49,968 nt of DNA from positions 1 to 49,968 of the forward strand of contig DAOUOW010000004.1 of assembly GCA_030626475.1 (NCBI GenBank), given 5' to 3'. The stretch comes from Chloroflexota bacterium (GTDB taxonomy: Bacteria; Chloroflexota; Dehalococcoidia; E44-bin15). Shown here piece after piece: positions 27,996 through 38,272 of this stretch (position 1 is the stretch's first letter; each line of letters opens with the position of its first letter). The notes beneath the pieces are model-generated. The model ran no database searches, was not told where the DNA came from, and saw only the letters and a list, made by a program, of their open reading frames with translations. The translations under genes were made by a program, and so were the position numbers.

Positions 27996-28450
27996 ATGGA
28001 CTGCTCTGACATTGCTCTATGGGTGACGGCATTTTTTACCGGGGTGCTCGGCAATAGCGGCACCAGGAGCTTTCCTTCTTGCATGGCGTCAGTTACGTAG
28101 TATGCGTAATGCCAGCCGCAGCCAAGCCTATTCAGAGCATTACAGCCGACCTCCATGCCCTTGATCAGCTTTTTATAGAGCATCCCGAACTCGACTTGTT
28201 GCTCGACGATAAATCCCCAACAGGCGACTGTAAGATCAAGCAAAAATGGCTCGTATCCTGGTATCTGGATCTGTATGAGAATATTCACTACCAGCATAAC
28301 AAAGGTGTAATAGCGGAGGAACTATGGACAGGTTGGGAACAAGAAATCAAACAAACTTCTAACCGCCCAGGTTTTAGAGAGCAATACAAGGCTTTGAAAA
28401 GGTACTACAACGAAGACTTCCAAAAATTCATTAAACGCCTCTTTGTTTAA
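27996..28450 (+). pseudogene. Membrane-anchored helical protein broken by two +1 frameshifts (possibly DUF4760/DUF6082-like)
   Basis: Removing one G at 28050-51 and one T at 28131-32 gives one 150-aa ORF: MDCSDIALWVTAFFTGVLAIAAPGAFLLAWRQLRSMRNASRSQAYQSITADLH...FIKRLFV*. Confidence 0.7.
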
Positions 28451-28512
28451 GTTCAGTCTCATGCGCCTTCCTCGCCGCCAAACTGGCCTATAAGCTCATC
28501 GGTTTTTCGACC

Positions 28513-28596
28513 TTTTCGTCCTAATCCCCTGTGGTAGAGAAGCCTGTTTCCGCTTTTTCGACCTAATCCCCTGTGGTGGAGAGGCCTGTTTCCGCT
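28513..28596. repeat. Tandem 2 x 42-bp direct repeat (3 mismatches)
   Basis: TTTTCG(T/A)CCTAATCCCCTGTGGT(A/G)GAGA(A/G)GCCTGTTTCCGCT at 28513-28554 and 28555-28596. Confidence 0.9.
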
Positions 28597-28627
28597 ATCG
28601 AGACCACTGTGCCTTAAGCTGGCCTCA

Positions 28628-28656
28628 TTGACACCAGCTATCCATTAATGTAATGT
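28628..28656 (+). promoter_or_regulatory. Sigma70-type promoter for the site-2 protease gene
   Basis: TTGACA-17-TAATGT. Confidence 0.55.
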
Positions 28657-28687
28657 GAATGGATAGAGAGCGCGATCAAGGTCAAAA

Positions 28688-29806
28688 ATGGGTAGAGGGC
28701 TTCAATTAGGCAAGATATTCGGCATCCCTTTCCGTATTGACTACAGCTGGTTTGTCATCTTCCTGCTCATAACCACATCCCTCTCTCTTTTCATTTTCCC
28801 TGACGCCTATCCCGATTGGGGTGCAGCGCAGTACTGGATTGTGGGCATTGCCACCAGTCTCCTCTTCTTTGCCTCGGTGGTGGCCCACGAACTGGCACAT
28901 AGCGCTGTTAGCATCAGGAGCGGCATCCCGGTAAAGAGCATCACCCTCTTCATTTTCGGCGGCGTGGCCCACATAGCCCGCGAGGTAACACACCCCGCAA
29001 GCGAACTAAAAATGGCTGCCGCTGGACCCCTATGCAGCATAGCACTCTGCGGCTTATTTAGTGGTTTATGGTGGGTGAGCCGGGACTTCAGCGTTCACCT
29101 GTCCGCTCTAGCCTGGTACCTGGCGATAATTAACGGCATGCTCGCCGTCTTCAATATGATACCGGGCTTCCCCCTGGACGGAGGCAGGGTGCTGCGCTCC
29201 ATCCTGTGGATGATTACATCAAACTACCGGCGGGCTACCCGCATCGCCACCATGACCGGCTATGGCACCTCCTATCTATTTATCCTCGGCGGCATCGCCA
29301 TCTTTTTCTTTTTCGGCTTGCTTAACGGGCTGTGGCTGGTGTTTATTGGCTTTTTCCTTAATAGCGCAGCTAGATCGAGCTACCGCCAGTCTATGGTCCG
29401 CGATGCCCTCAAGGGGTTCGTGGCGAGGGATGTGATGACCAAGGGCTTGCCCTCGATTCCCCGCAACCTCACCATCAAGGAACTGGTTCAAAGTCAGCTT
29501 CTCATCAGCAGCAGTCCCTGCTTTCTGGTTGCCGATGGGGAAAGATTGGAGGGGGTTTTGACCCTGCACCAAATAAAGGAATTGCCCAGGGAGGATTGGG
29601 ACATTACCACTGTGGGGCAGGCGATGACCCCGGTGGAAAAACTGAAGGCAGTCAAGCCTAGCGATGACGTTATCAGCATGCTGGAGCGAATGGAGGAGGG
29701 GACTCTAAACCTGGTAACAGTGGTAGAGGAGGGGAGGATGTTGGGGCTCATCTTGCGCGAAAATGTGATCCAGTTTGCCTACAGGCTGCAAGAGTTACGG
29801 ACTTAA
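28688..29806 (+). CDS. Site-2 protease (M50) with CBS domain pair
   Basis: [24 protein letters not shown]-terminal CBS repeats. Confidence 0.93.
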   Translation: MGRGLQLGKIFGIPFRIDYSWFVIFLLITTSLSLFIFPDAYPDWGAAQYWIVGIATSLLFFASVVAHELAHSAVSIRSGIPVKSITLFIFGGVAHIAREVTHPASELKMAAAGPLCSIALCGLFSGLWWVSRDFSVHLSALAWYLAIINGMLAVFNMIPGFPLDGGRVLRSILWMITSNYRRATRIATMTGYGTSYLFILGGIAIFFFFGLLNGLWLVFIGFFLNSAARSSYRQSMVRDALKGFVARDVMTKGLPSIPRNLTIKELVQSQLLISSSPCFLVADGERLEGVLTLHQIKELPREDWDITTVGQAMTPVEKLKAVKPSDDVISMLERMEEGTLNLVTVVEEGRMLGLILRENVIQFAYRLQELRT

Positions 29807-29864
29807 GAGTGCTTCGGCGGGAAACAAATTCTCCTGGTCTGTAATACGCCGATATTTCTCAAGG

Positions 29865-31043
29865 ATGGGAACCTTGGACAGAAAAAAATTAAAGGCCACG
29901 GTAGCACAAGAGGTGGAGGCTCGCCAGGAGGAGCTTATCAAGCTCAGCCTCAAGATTCACCAAAACCCGGAACTAGGGTTCCAAGAGAAAAAGGCATCCC
30001 AATGGCTAACTTCCTACCTTAAACGAAACGGCTTTAAGGTCGAAAAAGGGATTTGCCAGCTGGCCACAGCCTTCAAAGGGGAATATGGCTCGGGGAAACC
30101 GAGGATAGCGCTGCTTGCTGAATATGATGCCCTGCCCCAGATGGGACATGCCTGCGGTCACAATATAATAGCTGCCATCGCTGTCGGTGCTGGCATTGCC
30201 TCAAGAGACGCCATTGACCAACTGGGAGGCACTGTTTTGGTTATCGGCACCCCCGCTGAAGAGCTTCATGGGGGCAAGGGAATCATGGTCAACAGGGGCG
30301 CTTTCGATGATGTGGATGCCGCCCTGATAGTGCATCCCAGCGTGCTCGACACTGCCAGCTCCCGGGCCCTGGCCTGCATCGGCCTGGAGGTGGAATTCTG
30401 GGGCAAAGCAGCTCATGCCGCAGCCCGCCCCGAGGAGGGGATCAATGCCCTGGAGGCCATGATCCAGTCCTTCAACGGGATCAACTCCCTGAGGCAACAC
30501 ATTAGGGATCGGGCCCGCATCCATGGTATCATCACCCGTGGGGGAGAGGCAGCAAATATCGTCCCCTCCTATACTGCGGGGAGCTTCCTTGTGCGCGCTG
30601 AGGATGAGGCCTATCTTGATGCATTAAAGGGAAAGGTGCTAAACTGTTTCCAAGCAGCTTCCCTAGCTAGCGGGGCTCGCCTGGAGTATAAGTGGTCGGA
30701 GGTATATTACGCCCCGATGCGTATCAACCATGCTCTGGCAGAGTTGTTCACCAAAAATATGGAGGCTTTGGGGCGCAAGGTGGCACCACCCATGAGGCGG
30801 GCTTTCGGCAGCACCGACATGGGTAATGTCAGCGCCGTGGTGCCCAGCATTCATCCTATGATAGCCATAGCCCCTATCGAGGTTCTAGCCCATTCGCCGG
30901 AGTTTGCCTCCGCCGCTGCTTCGGAAGCAGGACATCGGGGGCTTATAGACGGAGCGAAGGCTTTGGCCATGACCGTGGTCGACCTGATCGCCCAGCCTGA
31001 GGCCATGGACAAGGTCAGGGAGGAATTCCTCGCTTCGGAATAA
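29865..31043 (+). CDS. M20 family amidohydrolase (ACY1L2/AbgB-like)
   Basis: IHQNPELG, AEYDALP, HACGHN, GTPAEE, GSTDMGNVS; start approximate. Confidence 0.9.
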   Translation: MGTLDRKKLKATVAQEVEARQEELIKLSLKIHQNPELGFQEKKASQWLTSYLKRNGFKVEKGICQLATAFKGEYGSGKPRIALLAEYDALPQMGHACGHNIIAAIAVGAGIASRDAIDQLGGTVLVIGTPAEELHGGKGIMVNRGAFDDVDAALIVHPSVLDTASSRALACIGLEVEFWGKAAHAAARPEEGINALEAMIQSFNGINSLRQHIRDRARIHGIITRGGEAANIVPSYTAGSFLVRAEDEAYLDALKGKVLNCFQAASLASGARLEYKWSEVYYAPMRINHALAELFTKNMEALGRKVAPPMRRAFGSTDMGNVSAVVPSIHPMIAIAPIEVLAHSPEFASAAASEAGHRGLIDGAKALAMTVVDLIAQPEAMDKVREEFLASE

Positions 31044-31068
31044 ATGGGTAAGGCAGGGGACACAAGTG

Positions 31069-32034
31069 ATGGAGGTCTACCTCGGTATCGATGTTGGCTC
31101 GGTGACCACCAAACTTGCTGTGCTGGACAAAGAGGACCAGCTTATCGATGCTCTCTATCTGCGCACCGCGGGTAAGCCAATCGCTGTGGTGCAGGAGGGT
31201 CTGAGAGAGATTGCCCGGCGATTATCATCAGATGTCCAGATCAAGGGTGTGGGCACCACAGGGAGCGCCCGCTACCTGGCGGGTGTGATTGTCAGCGCCG
31301 ATGTAATTAAGAACGAGGTCACTTGCCAGGCTGTGGCCGCGCTTCAATACTTCCCCGAGGTGCAAACAGTGATCGAGATCGGGGGGCAGGATAGCAAGAT
31401 CATCATAATCCGCAACGGTATCATTACCGACTTTGGCATGAACACAGTGTGCGCTGCGGGCACAGGAAGCTTCCTCGACCAGCAGGCATCACGGCTGAAC
31501 ATGAGGATCGAGGATTTTGGGGAGAGAGCGCTTGAGAGCAAAAAGCCGGTGCGCATCACCGGGCGGTGCACCGTTTTTGCTGAGTCAGACATGATCCACA
31601 AGCAGCAAATGGGGCACCGCATTGAGGATATCATCTACGGGCTTTGCCAGGCACTGGTGCGAAACTACCTGAACAACGTCGGTTTGGGGAAGGAAATTCT
31701 AGCCCCCATAGTGTTTCAGGGGGGCGTTGCCTTTAACCAAGGCATTGTCAGGGCCCTGGAGGAAATCCTAGAGGCCAAGGTCACTGTCCTCCCCCACCAT
31801 GAGGTGATGGGGGCCATTGGGGCAGCGCTCCTGGTCCACGAGGAGATGGCGGCGCGCGGCGACGGCACCAAGTTCAAGGGGTTTGGAGTAGCTGACGCCC
31901 ATTTCCGCACCTCCTCCTTCGAATGCAAAGCCTGCCCCAGTATGTGTGAGGTCGCCCAGCTCTTCCTCGATGGCAAGGTGCTCGCCCGATGGGGAGGACG
32001 CTGCGATATATGGGATATAATGACATGCACCTGA
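31069..32034 (+). CDS. Acyl-CoA dehydratase activase (HgdC/BadF-G ASKHA ATPase)
   Basis: GIDVGSVTTK, EIGGQDSK, MNTVCAAGTGSFL, RCTVFAESD, FQGGVA. Confidence 0.9.
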   Translation: MEVYLGIDVGSVTTKLAVLDKEDQLIDALYLRTAGKPIAVVQEGLREIARRLSSDVQIKGVGTTGSARYLAGVIVSADVIKNEVTCQAVAALQYFPEVQTVIEIGGQDSKIIIIRNGIITDFGMNTVCAAGTGSFLDQQASRLNMRIEDFGERALESKKPVRITGRCTVFAESDMIHKQQMGHRIEDIIYGLCQALVRNYLNNVGLGKEILAPIVFQGGVAFNQGIVRALEEILEAKVTVLPHHEVMGAIGAALLVHEEMAARGDGTKFKGFGVADAHFRTSSFECKACPSMCEVAQLFLDGKVLARWGGRCDIWDIMTCT

Positions 32035-32041
32035 GGAGAAG

Positions 32042-33025
32042 ATGAGAATCGCTGTTGACGCTATGGGGGGTGAGCATGCTCCCCAAGAGGTGGTGAGGGG
32101 GGCAATGATGGCGTGCCGCGATCATTGTGGAGAAATAGTGCTGGTGGGCAAGGAGAGCACCCTCCGCTCTGAACTGGCAAACTACCACCCCAGAGACTTA
32201 GACCTCTCCATTGTTGACGCCAATGAAGTGGTCGAGTTGCATGAGCATCCGGCACAGGCAGTGCGGCAAAAGCAGGACTCATCCATTGTCGTGGCCATGA
32301 ACCTGCTCAAGAAGGGCGATGTCTCTGCCTTCGTCTCCGCCGGTAATAGCGGGGCGGTGATGGCGGCAGCACTCCTTATCCTGGGCAGCATCGAGGGGAT
32401 CGAGCGCCCCGCCCTAGGGTTCCTGTTCTCCGCTCCTGAGCATCCCGTTCTTCTGCTGGATGTGGGGGCCAATGCCGATTGCAAACCAAGCTTTCTGGTT
32501 CAGTTTGCTCAAATGGGCAGCGTCTATATGGAGCGGGTGTTCGCTTTGGAGCGCCCCAAAATTGGACTCCTCAGCAATGGGGAGGAGGAAAACAAGGGGA
32601 ACCAGCTAGTGCGGGAGTGCCACCAGCTGCTCAAAAACACCAGCCTAAACTTTATTGGCAATGTGGAAGGCAATGACGTAGTCACCGGGAAGGCAGATGT
32701 GGTGGTCACCGATGGCTTCACCGGCAATGTGATGATCAAGGAAGGCGAAGGCCTGGGCGAGCTGGTGCTCCATTCGCTGCGGCGAACGCTAGCGGGGAGA
32801 CCTCGCCTCAGGATTGCAGCCTTCTTTTTTGGGTCTGCTCTGCGCCACGCCATCAAGGGCTTGGACTATTCCGAACACGGCGGGGCGCCCCTGCTGGGGG
32901 TGAATGGAAATGTGATCATTGCTCATGGAAGAAGCAACGCCAAGGCAATCAGAAACGCCGTCTTCATGGCCAAACAGGCGGTGGAACAGGGAGTTTTGGA
33001 GGCACTGAGAACAGGGATAAAATGA
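32042..33025 (+). CDS. plsX: Phosphate acyltransferase PlsX
   Basis: IAVDAMGG, SAGNSGA, LDVGAN, VTDGFTGN, GGAPLLG, AHGRS. Confidence 0.96.
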   Translation: MRIAVDAMGGEHAPQEVVRGAMMACRDHCGEIVLVGKESTLRSELANYHPRDLDLSIVDANEVVELHEHPAQAVRQKQDSSIVVAMNLLKKGDVSAFVSAGNSGAVMAAALLILGSIEGIERPALGFLFSAPEHPVLLLDVGANADCKPSFLVQFAQMGSVYMERVFALERPKIGLLSNGEEENKGNQLVRECHQLLKNTSLNFIGNVEGNDVVTGKADVVVTDGFTGNVMIKEGEGLGELVLHSLRRTLAGRPRLRIAAFFFGSALRHAIKGLDYSEHGGAPLLGVNGNVIIAHGRSNAKAIRNAVFMAKQAVEQGVLEALRTGIK

Positions 33026-33040
33026 AGAGAAGGAGCGATT

Positions 33041-33367
33041 ATGGCAAATTCGGTCACTGTTACTGAAGAAAACTTCGACCAAATGGTGCTTAAGGCAAAA
33101 ACACCAGTGCTGGTGGATTTTTGGGCCCCATGGTGCGCCCCTTGCGTGGCGGTGGCCCCGATACTGGAGGAGCTCGCCGCAGAGTATGAGGGGAAAATAG
33201 GCATTGCCAGGCTCAATGTTGATGACGCCCCCACACTTGCCTCAAGGTATGGCATTTCCGCCATCCCCAACCTCATCATCTTTAATGGGGGAAAGCCCGT
33301 TTCGCAGATCGTGGGCTACCGGCCCAAAGCTGAGCTGAAGAAGGCTCTGGACCAGACCCTCACCTAA
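33041..33367 (+). CDS. trxA: Thioredoxin
   Basis: VDFWAPWCAPC, GISAIP. Confidence 0.93.
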   Translation: MANSVTVTEENFDQMVLKAKTPVLVDFWAPWCAPCVAVAPILEELAAEYEGKIGIARLNVDDAPTLASRYGISAIPNLIIFNGGKPVSQIVGYRPKAELKKALDQTLT

Positions 33368-33393
33368 TCCCCACGGCAGGAGGGAGGTTTGCT

Positions 33394-34317
33394 ATGGATA
33401 GGGCCTACGATGTGATCGTCATCGGGGGAGGGCCAGCGGGCTTGAGCGCCGGGCTATATGCTGCCAGAGCCAGCCTGAGCACGCTGCTTATTGAAAAGGG
33501 CATCCTCGGCGGTCAGATCGCCAATGTAGGGCATGTGGAGAACTATCCCGGCTTTCCTGAGGGCATCTCCGGCTTTGAGCTTGGTCAAGCAATGCACCAG
33601 CAGGCGACCAAATACGGACTGGAGACAGTTGCCGCCGCAGTCACCGCTATCGAGCTGACGGAGAAAGGCAAGGTGGTAAAGACCACAGAAGGCGAATACC
33701 TGGCGAAGGCATTGATCCTGGCCACAGGCGCTGAGCCCAACAGGCTGGGCGTGCCTGGAGAGGAGAGATTATTGGGCCACGGGGTCTCTTACTGCGCCAC
33801 CTGCGATGGCCCGCTGTTCAGAGATAAGGTTGTAGCGGTAATCGGGGGTGGGGACTCAGCGGTGGAGGAGGGACTAATACTCACCAGATTTGCTTCCAAG
33901 GTGATTTTGATTCACCGTCGTGACCAGCTTCGCGCGAGCAAGCTCCCTCAGCAAAGGGCCTTTGCCAACAAGAAAATGGAGTTCCTGTGGGACACGGTGG
34001 TGGAGGAAATCACTGGCGACGATAAGGTTAAAGGGCTCAGCCTGCGCAATGTAAAAACGGGACAGAGATCAACCCTGGAGGTATCAGGGGTCTTTATCTA
34101 CGTCGGGCTGCATCCCAACACTGAGTTTCTTAGAGGGCTTCTACGCCTCGATGCCCAGGGGCACGTGGTCACAAATGAGGAGATGGAAACAGAAATCGCC
34201 GGCATTTTTGCTGCTGGCGATATTCGCCAAAATTCGCCGAGACAGGCCATCACCGCAGCGGGGGATGGGGCTACCGCTGCCCTCTCCGCAGAGAAGTTTC
34301 TCAGCGAACAAAAATAA
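33394..34317 (+). CDS. trxB: Thioredoxin reductase
   Basis: GGGPAG, ENYPG, SYCATCDG, GGGDSA, HRRD, FAAGD. Confidence 0.96.
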   Translation: MDRAYDVIVIGGGPAGLSAGLYAARASLSTLLIEKGILGGQIANVGHVENYPGFPEGISGFELGQAMHQQATKYGLETVAAAVTAIELTEKGKVVKTTEGEYLAKALILATGAEPNRLGVPGEERLLGHGVSYCATCDGPLFRDKVVAVIGGGDSAVEEGLILTRFASKVILIHRRDQLRASKLPQQRAFANKKMEFLWDTVVEEITGDDKVKGLSLRNVKTGQRSTLEVSGVFIYVGLHPNTEFLRGLLRLDAQGHVVTNEEMETEIAGIFAAGDIRQNSPRQAITAAGDGATAALSAEKFLSEQK

Positions 34318-34358
34318 AAAATTAGGGATTGCTTCTGTTCAGCCCTGGTCTTTTTTAG

Positions 34359-34619
34359 CTACTCGTCCTCTATTCCCCTCTCCTTAAGATAGTCAATGGC
34401 GTCCTGAAGCGTCTTTAACCCTTCTGCTTCCTCATCAGATATTCGTAGCTCCCTGTTGTCGTTGCTGAACTCCTCCTCTATGGCCATGACCAGCTCCACC
34501 AGGTCCAGGGAGTCAGCGTTCAGGTCATCGGTGAAAGAGGTAGAGGGAACTACCTGCTCCTCCTCCGCTCCCAATTGATCGATAACGATCTTCTTCAACC
34601 TCTCGAAGACGGTCGTCAA
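34359..34619 (-). CDS. acpP: Acyl carrier protein
   Basis: [21 protein letters not shown] followed by a short insertion. Confidence 0.95.
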   Translation of the reverse strand: MTTVFERLKKIVIDQLGAEEEQVVPSTSFTDDLNADSLDLVELVMAIEEEFSNDNRELRISDEEAEGLKTLQDAIDYLKERGIEDE

Positions 34620-34637
34620 CTTGCACCCCCCTTCCTT

Positions 34638-35045
34638 CTATCTATTGGCTTGAGCACTAACCGTGCCCAGAACTCCGTTGATGAACTTTGGGGAATTATC
34701 ACTGCCAAAGGTCTTGGCCAGCTCCACTGCTTCATTGATGGCAGCTTTCACCGGAACCTTATTATTCAACAAAATCTCAAAGATGGCAAGCCTCAAAATG
34801 TTTCTATCGATAGTAGCCAGTTGTGCCACAGGCCAGGCCGGGGCATAGGTTTGAATCATATTATCAATTCTCTCCTTGTTTGTCAAAACCCCGCTCACCA
34901 GCTCCCGGGCAAAGCTCGCCCCCGCTTCAGGCAAAGAGGCCTCAGCCAATAATCGCTCCAGGGCTTCCTCGGCATCGTGTGCTACCGAGTCGCCCTCAAA
35001 AAGGGCCTGAAGCGCTATCGTTCTCGCCCTTCTCCTTACCCCCAT
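34638..35045 (-). CDS. nusB: Transcription antitermination factor NusB
   Basis: RRRAR..ALQALF, IDRNILRLA, AINEAVELAK, FINGVLG. Confidence 0.96.
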   Translation of the reverse strand: MGVRRRARTIALQALFEGDSVAHDAEEALERLLAEASLPEAGASFARELVSGVLTNKERIDNMIQTYAPAWPVAQLATIDRNILRLAIFEILLNNKVPVKAAINEAVELAKTFGSDNSPKFINGVLGTVSAQANR

Positions 35046-35075
35046 TTTTTCGCCCTTTTTCGCCCCTTTTCGCCC
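35046..35075. repeat. 3 x 10-bp tandem repeat abutting the nusB start codon
   Basis: TTTTTCGCCC TTTTTCGCCC CTTTTCGCCC. Confidence 0.8.
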
Positions 35076-35138
35076 TATTTGCTGATTTTATACTAGCTGT
35101 TTTTCCTGTCGTTATCTTCTCATGGCAGTCAAGCCCGC

Positions 35139-36278
35139 TCAGTAGTCCCGAAGCAGATGAAGGTTTCCGATCCTCACCCTTTTAAGCCCCGCTTCTTTTG
35201 CCACTTCAAGGCACTCAGAGGCAACCCGCCGCGAGGTGGTGGGCAGATCGCCCATAAAAAATTGGGGATGGAATGCGAGAAGGCTATAGGGAATATCGGG
35301 ATTGAGGGCGGCGATAAACGAGGCGAGCCTCGCCACTTCCTCCCTATCGATATATCCCGGGATGAGCAGGGTGCTGGCCGCCAAGAAGGGTGGCGATGGC
35401 CTCTCTCTGGTATACTGGGCCAGGAGCTGAAAATTCTCCAGCGTCCTCTTGTTGCTCACACCGCAGAGGGCGATGTTAAGCTCCTCGCTCCAGGCCTTGA
35501 GGTCAACTTTGATGCAGCCTCCCGATTCCAGAGAAAGCTCGGCGGCTTGCCTCAGCAGCGCTGGATGCATCGAGCCATTGGTCTCCCAGCAGATGCGCAG
35601 GATTCTGCCCTTATTTCGCTCCAGGGCAAGGCGAGAGGCGCGAAGGGAATGAGGAAGCTGTGGCGTAGGGTCACCGCCAAAGTAGCAAATACAAGAGGTT
35701 TTTTCGTCCACCTGGTCGGCGAGCTCAGAAGCCGTTATCCTCGCCTCCTTGCTTGCCTCCAGGCGGTAGTGCCAATTCTGGCAAAAGAGGCAATCAAAAG
35801 AGCAGGCGTGGTAAAAAACAGCCAGGTTTTTGTAGCCGTGTTCGGGTCCCTCTCTATAAGCAAAATGGGGGTAGCCGGCCCCCGTCCCCCCAGGGCAGAC
35901 CCAATCGGCGACGCAGTTGGTGGGCAGGGGATCATAATACCAGCTGACGTTCCCCTTATCGGCGCTGGCTCCGATGAATCTGCCCTCCCTATTTTGGCGC
36001 AGTCCGCAGTAGCTTTTCCGACCTTGACCAATAAGGCACTCATTGACGCAAAGGTTGCATTGCTTTCCCCCTTCATCTTTGGGGGGCGTTGGTGGCAGAT
36101 CGAAAGGGTTTCTCGCCTCGAGGTGCGCCTTCTCGATATAGGGCAGAGCGGCTTCGAAATCGGAACGGATACAATCAGGGCAAAGCTCCAGGGCCTGGGA
36201 GATAAGAAATGACTCCCGGCCACAGACCAGGCACTTGACAGTGGTTTTAGCTGATAGGTCTTGGCGTGGCAGCATCAT
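35139..36278 (-). CDS. Radical SAM protein, PFL-activase/AmmeMemoRadiSam-like, Cys-rich N-terminus
   Basis: CNLCVNEC, DPLPTNC, ACSFDCLFCQNW, YFGGDP, WETNG, VDLK; start uncertain. Confidence 0.82.
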   Translation of the reverse strand: MMLPRQDLSAKTTVKCLVCGRESFLISQALELCPDCIRSDFEAALPYIEKAHLEARNPFDLPPTPPKDEGGKQCNLCVNECLIGQGRKSYCGLRQNREGRFIGASADKGNVSWYYDPLPTNCVADWVCPGGTGAGYPHFAYREGPEHGYKNLAVFYHACSFDCLFCQNWHYRLEASKEARITASELADQVDEKTSCICYFGGDPTPQLPHSLRASRLALERNKGRILRICWETNGSMHPALLRQAAELSLESGGCIKVDLKAWSEELNIALCGVSNKRTLENFQLLAQYTRERPSPPFLAASTLLIPGYIDREEVARLASFIAALNPDIPYSLLAFHPQFFMGDLPTTSRRVASECLEVAKEAGLKRVRIGNLHLLRDY

Positions 36279-36384
36279 CTCAAACTGAGCCCATAGATAA
36301 GATTGGGGGCAGAAATAGTTTCTCTTCCTCCACCGGCCCCTCATCACCTCAAGGGAACCAGGTCACGTCAACAGAGGCAAAAAA

Positions 36385-37314
36385 TTAGATGCTCATCTCT
36401 CTTACAGAGCTAGCATCTTCGAGATTCAAAATCTGTGCTTCGGTGTTAATCCTCTTAATGAGACCGCTCAATACCTGCCCCGGACCGATCTCAATGAAGG
36501 TGTCGACGCCAGCGTCCACCATGTACTCCACGCTCTTTTGCCACTGAACGCAGTGCAAGAGCTGGCGCAGGAGTTCCTCCTTTACTTCATCAGCTGTGGT
36601 AACTGGCTGGGCAGTGCTATTCACCACAATAGGGGTGGAGGGGTGGCGAAAGTCGAGCTCGGAGATGGCGTTAGCTATTCCCTCAGCGGCAGGCTGCATC
36701 AGGGGAGAATGAAAGGCGCCGCTCACATTGAGCGGTACGGTGCGGCGCGCCCCCATTGCCCGAGCCAGGTCCAGGGCCCGAACCATGGCCTCCCTGGTGC
36801 CGCTGACCACGATCTGCCCCGGTGAGTTGAGGTTGGCGGTCTGGGCACCGGTCTCCTGACAAACCTGCTCCACGGAGACGTCGTCGAGGCCAATGATGGC
36901 TACCATGCCTCCAGGCACCCTGTCCCCTGCCTCCTGCATCAACCTTCCCCTCTCCCGGGTAAGCCGAACCGCATCCACGAAGTCAAGCACCTGGGCAGCA
37001 ACCAGCGCCGTATACTCGCCAAGACTATGCCCCGCCATAAAGGCAGGGCATACCATTCGACCAGCTACTTGGGAAAGGGCCTTGAGGCAGGCAAAGCTTA
37101 CGGTGAGGATCGCTGGTTGGGCATTGACCGTCTGGGCAAGTTCCTCCTCAGGTCCCTCAAAGCAAAGGCGCGAGAGGGGGAATCCCAGAGCATCATCGGC
37201 CTCCTCAAATACCTCTCTTGCTGAGGAAAAGTTATGATAAAGATCGCGCCCCATGCCTACCTGCTGTGAACCCTGGCCCGGGAAGACATAGGCCAATCTT
37301 CCTTGTTCAGCCAT
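36385..37314 (-). CDS. fabD: Malonyl-CoA:ACP transacylase
   Basis: FPGQGSQ, AGHSLGEY, VSGAFHS, EIGPG. Confidence 0.96.
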   Translation of the reverse strand: MAEQGRLAYVFPGQGSQQVGMGRDLYHNFSSAREVFEEADDALGFPLSRLCFEGPEEELAQTVNAQPAILTVSFACLKALSQVAGRMVCPAFMAGHSLGEYTALVAAQVLDFVDAVRLTRERGRLMQEAGDRVPGGMVAIIGLDDVSVEQVCQETGAQTANLNSPGQIVVSGTREAMVRALDLARAMGARRTVPLNVSGAFHSPLMQPAAEGIANAISELDFRHPSTPIVVNSTAQPVTTADEVKEELLRQLLHCVQWQKSVEYMVDAGVDTFIEIGPGQVLSGLIKRINTEAQILNLEDASSVREMSI

Positions 37315-38263
37315 GTCGAACTCCTACATAAGAATTGCTCAATCTGGCAATTATGCTCTCAGCCTGGTCAACGATTTCCTTGATGATGACCGCCGCCGGC
37401 TTTATCTCACCTATCAGCCCAGCGATCTGCCCCGCCATCACCGAGCCTTCCTCGGTATCGCCCTCGAGGGCGGCTAACTCTAGCTTGCCCTGGCCAAGGA
37501 GCTCCAGCTCCTCCACTGAGGCACCTCCCTTCTCCAGGGCCTGAAACTGACGCGTTAGCCTATTCTCAATACAGCGTACCGGATGCCCGGTAGCATGTCC
37601 AGTGGCCACCGTGGACCGGTCGCGCGCCTCGAGGACCTTCCGCTTGAAATTGGGATGAGCCACGCACTCCTCAGCACAGACAAAGCGGGTGCCAAGCTGC
37701 ACACCTTGCGCTCCTAAACAGAGGGCAGCAGCAAGGCCTCGCCCATCGCCAATCCCGCCCGCAGCCACTACCGGTATTGTAACGCCATCCACCACTTGGG
37801 GCACCAGGGCCATGGTAGCAGTCTCCCCGATATGTCCCCCCGACTCCAGCCCCTCAGCTATCAGGGCATCAGCCCCCGCTCGCTCCAGGCGTTTGGCCAG
37901 GGCAACACTGGAGACCACCGGCATCACCTTTATCCCCGCCTCCTTAAAAGTGGGGATATAGACTCCCGGATTCCCACCACCGGTAGTGACAATAGAAACC
38001 CCCTCCTCAAGGACAACCTGAATAACTTCCTCAAGAAAGGGGGTCATGAGCATGATATTCAGCGCAAAGGGTTTTGAGGTCCGCTCCCTGGTAGCACGAA
38101 TCTGCTCCCGTACCCAGCTCGGGGGGGCATTACCGGCACCAATAATCCCCAGCCCACCACCATTGGAGACGGCAGAGGCAAGCTCAGCGGTGCCGAGCCA
38201 GGCCATCCCCCCCTGCATCACAGGGTACTCAATGCCAAAAAGGTCACAGATCACAGTGCGCAT
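37307..38263 (-). CDS. fabK: Enoyl-ACP reductase II
   Basis: YPVMQGGMAW, EGLESGGHIG, AAGGIGDGRG, MAGQIAG. Confidence 0.9.
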   Translation of the reverse strand: MRTVICDLFGIEYPVMQGGMAWLGTAELASAVSNGGGLGIIGAGNAPPSWVREQIRATRERTSKPFALNIMLMTPFLEEVIQVVLEEGVSIVTTGGGNPGVYIPTFKEAGIKVMPVVSSVALAKRLERAGADALIAEGLESGGHIGETATMALVPQVVDGVTIPVVAAGGIGDGRGLAAALCLGAQGVQLGTRFVCAEECVAHPNFKRKVLEARDRSTVATGHATGHPVRCIENRLTRQFQALEKGGASVEELELLGQGKLELAALEGDTEEGSVMAGQIAGLIGEIKPAAVIIKEIVDQAESIIARLSNSYVGVRHG

Positions 38264-38272
38264 CTTAGCCTA

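Noticed and set aside
28513-28596. Possible mini CRISPR array
   Set aside because: Only two directly adjacent copies, no spacer and no cas genes.
35157-36212. 351-aa plus-strand ORF
   Set aside because: Antisense shadow of the radical SAM gene with no recognisable motifs.
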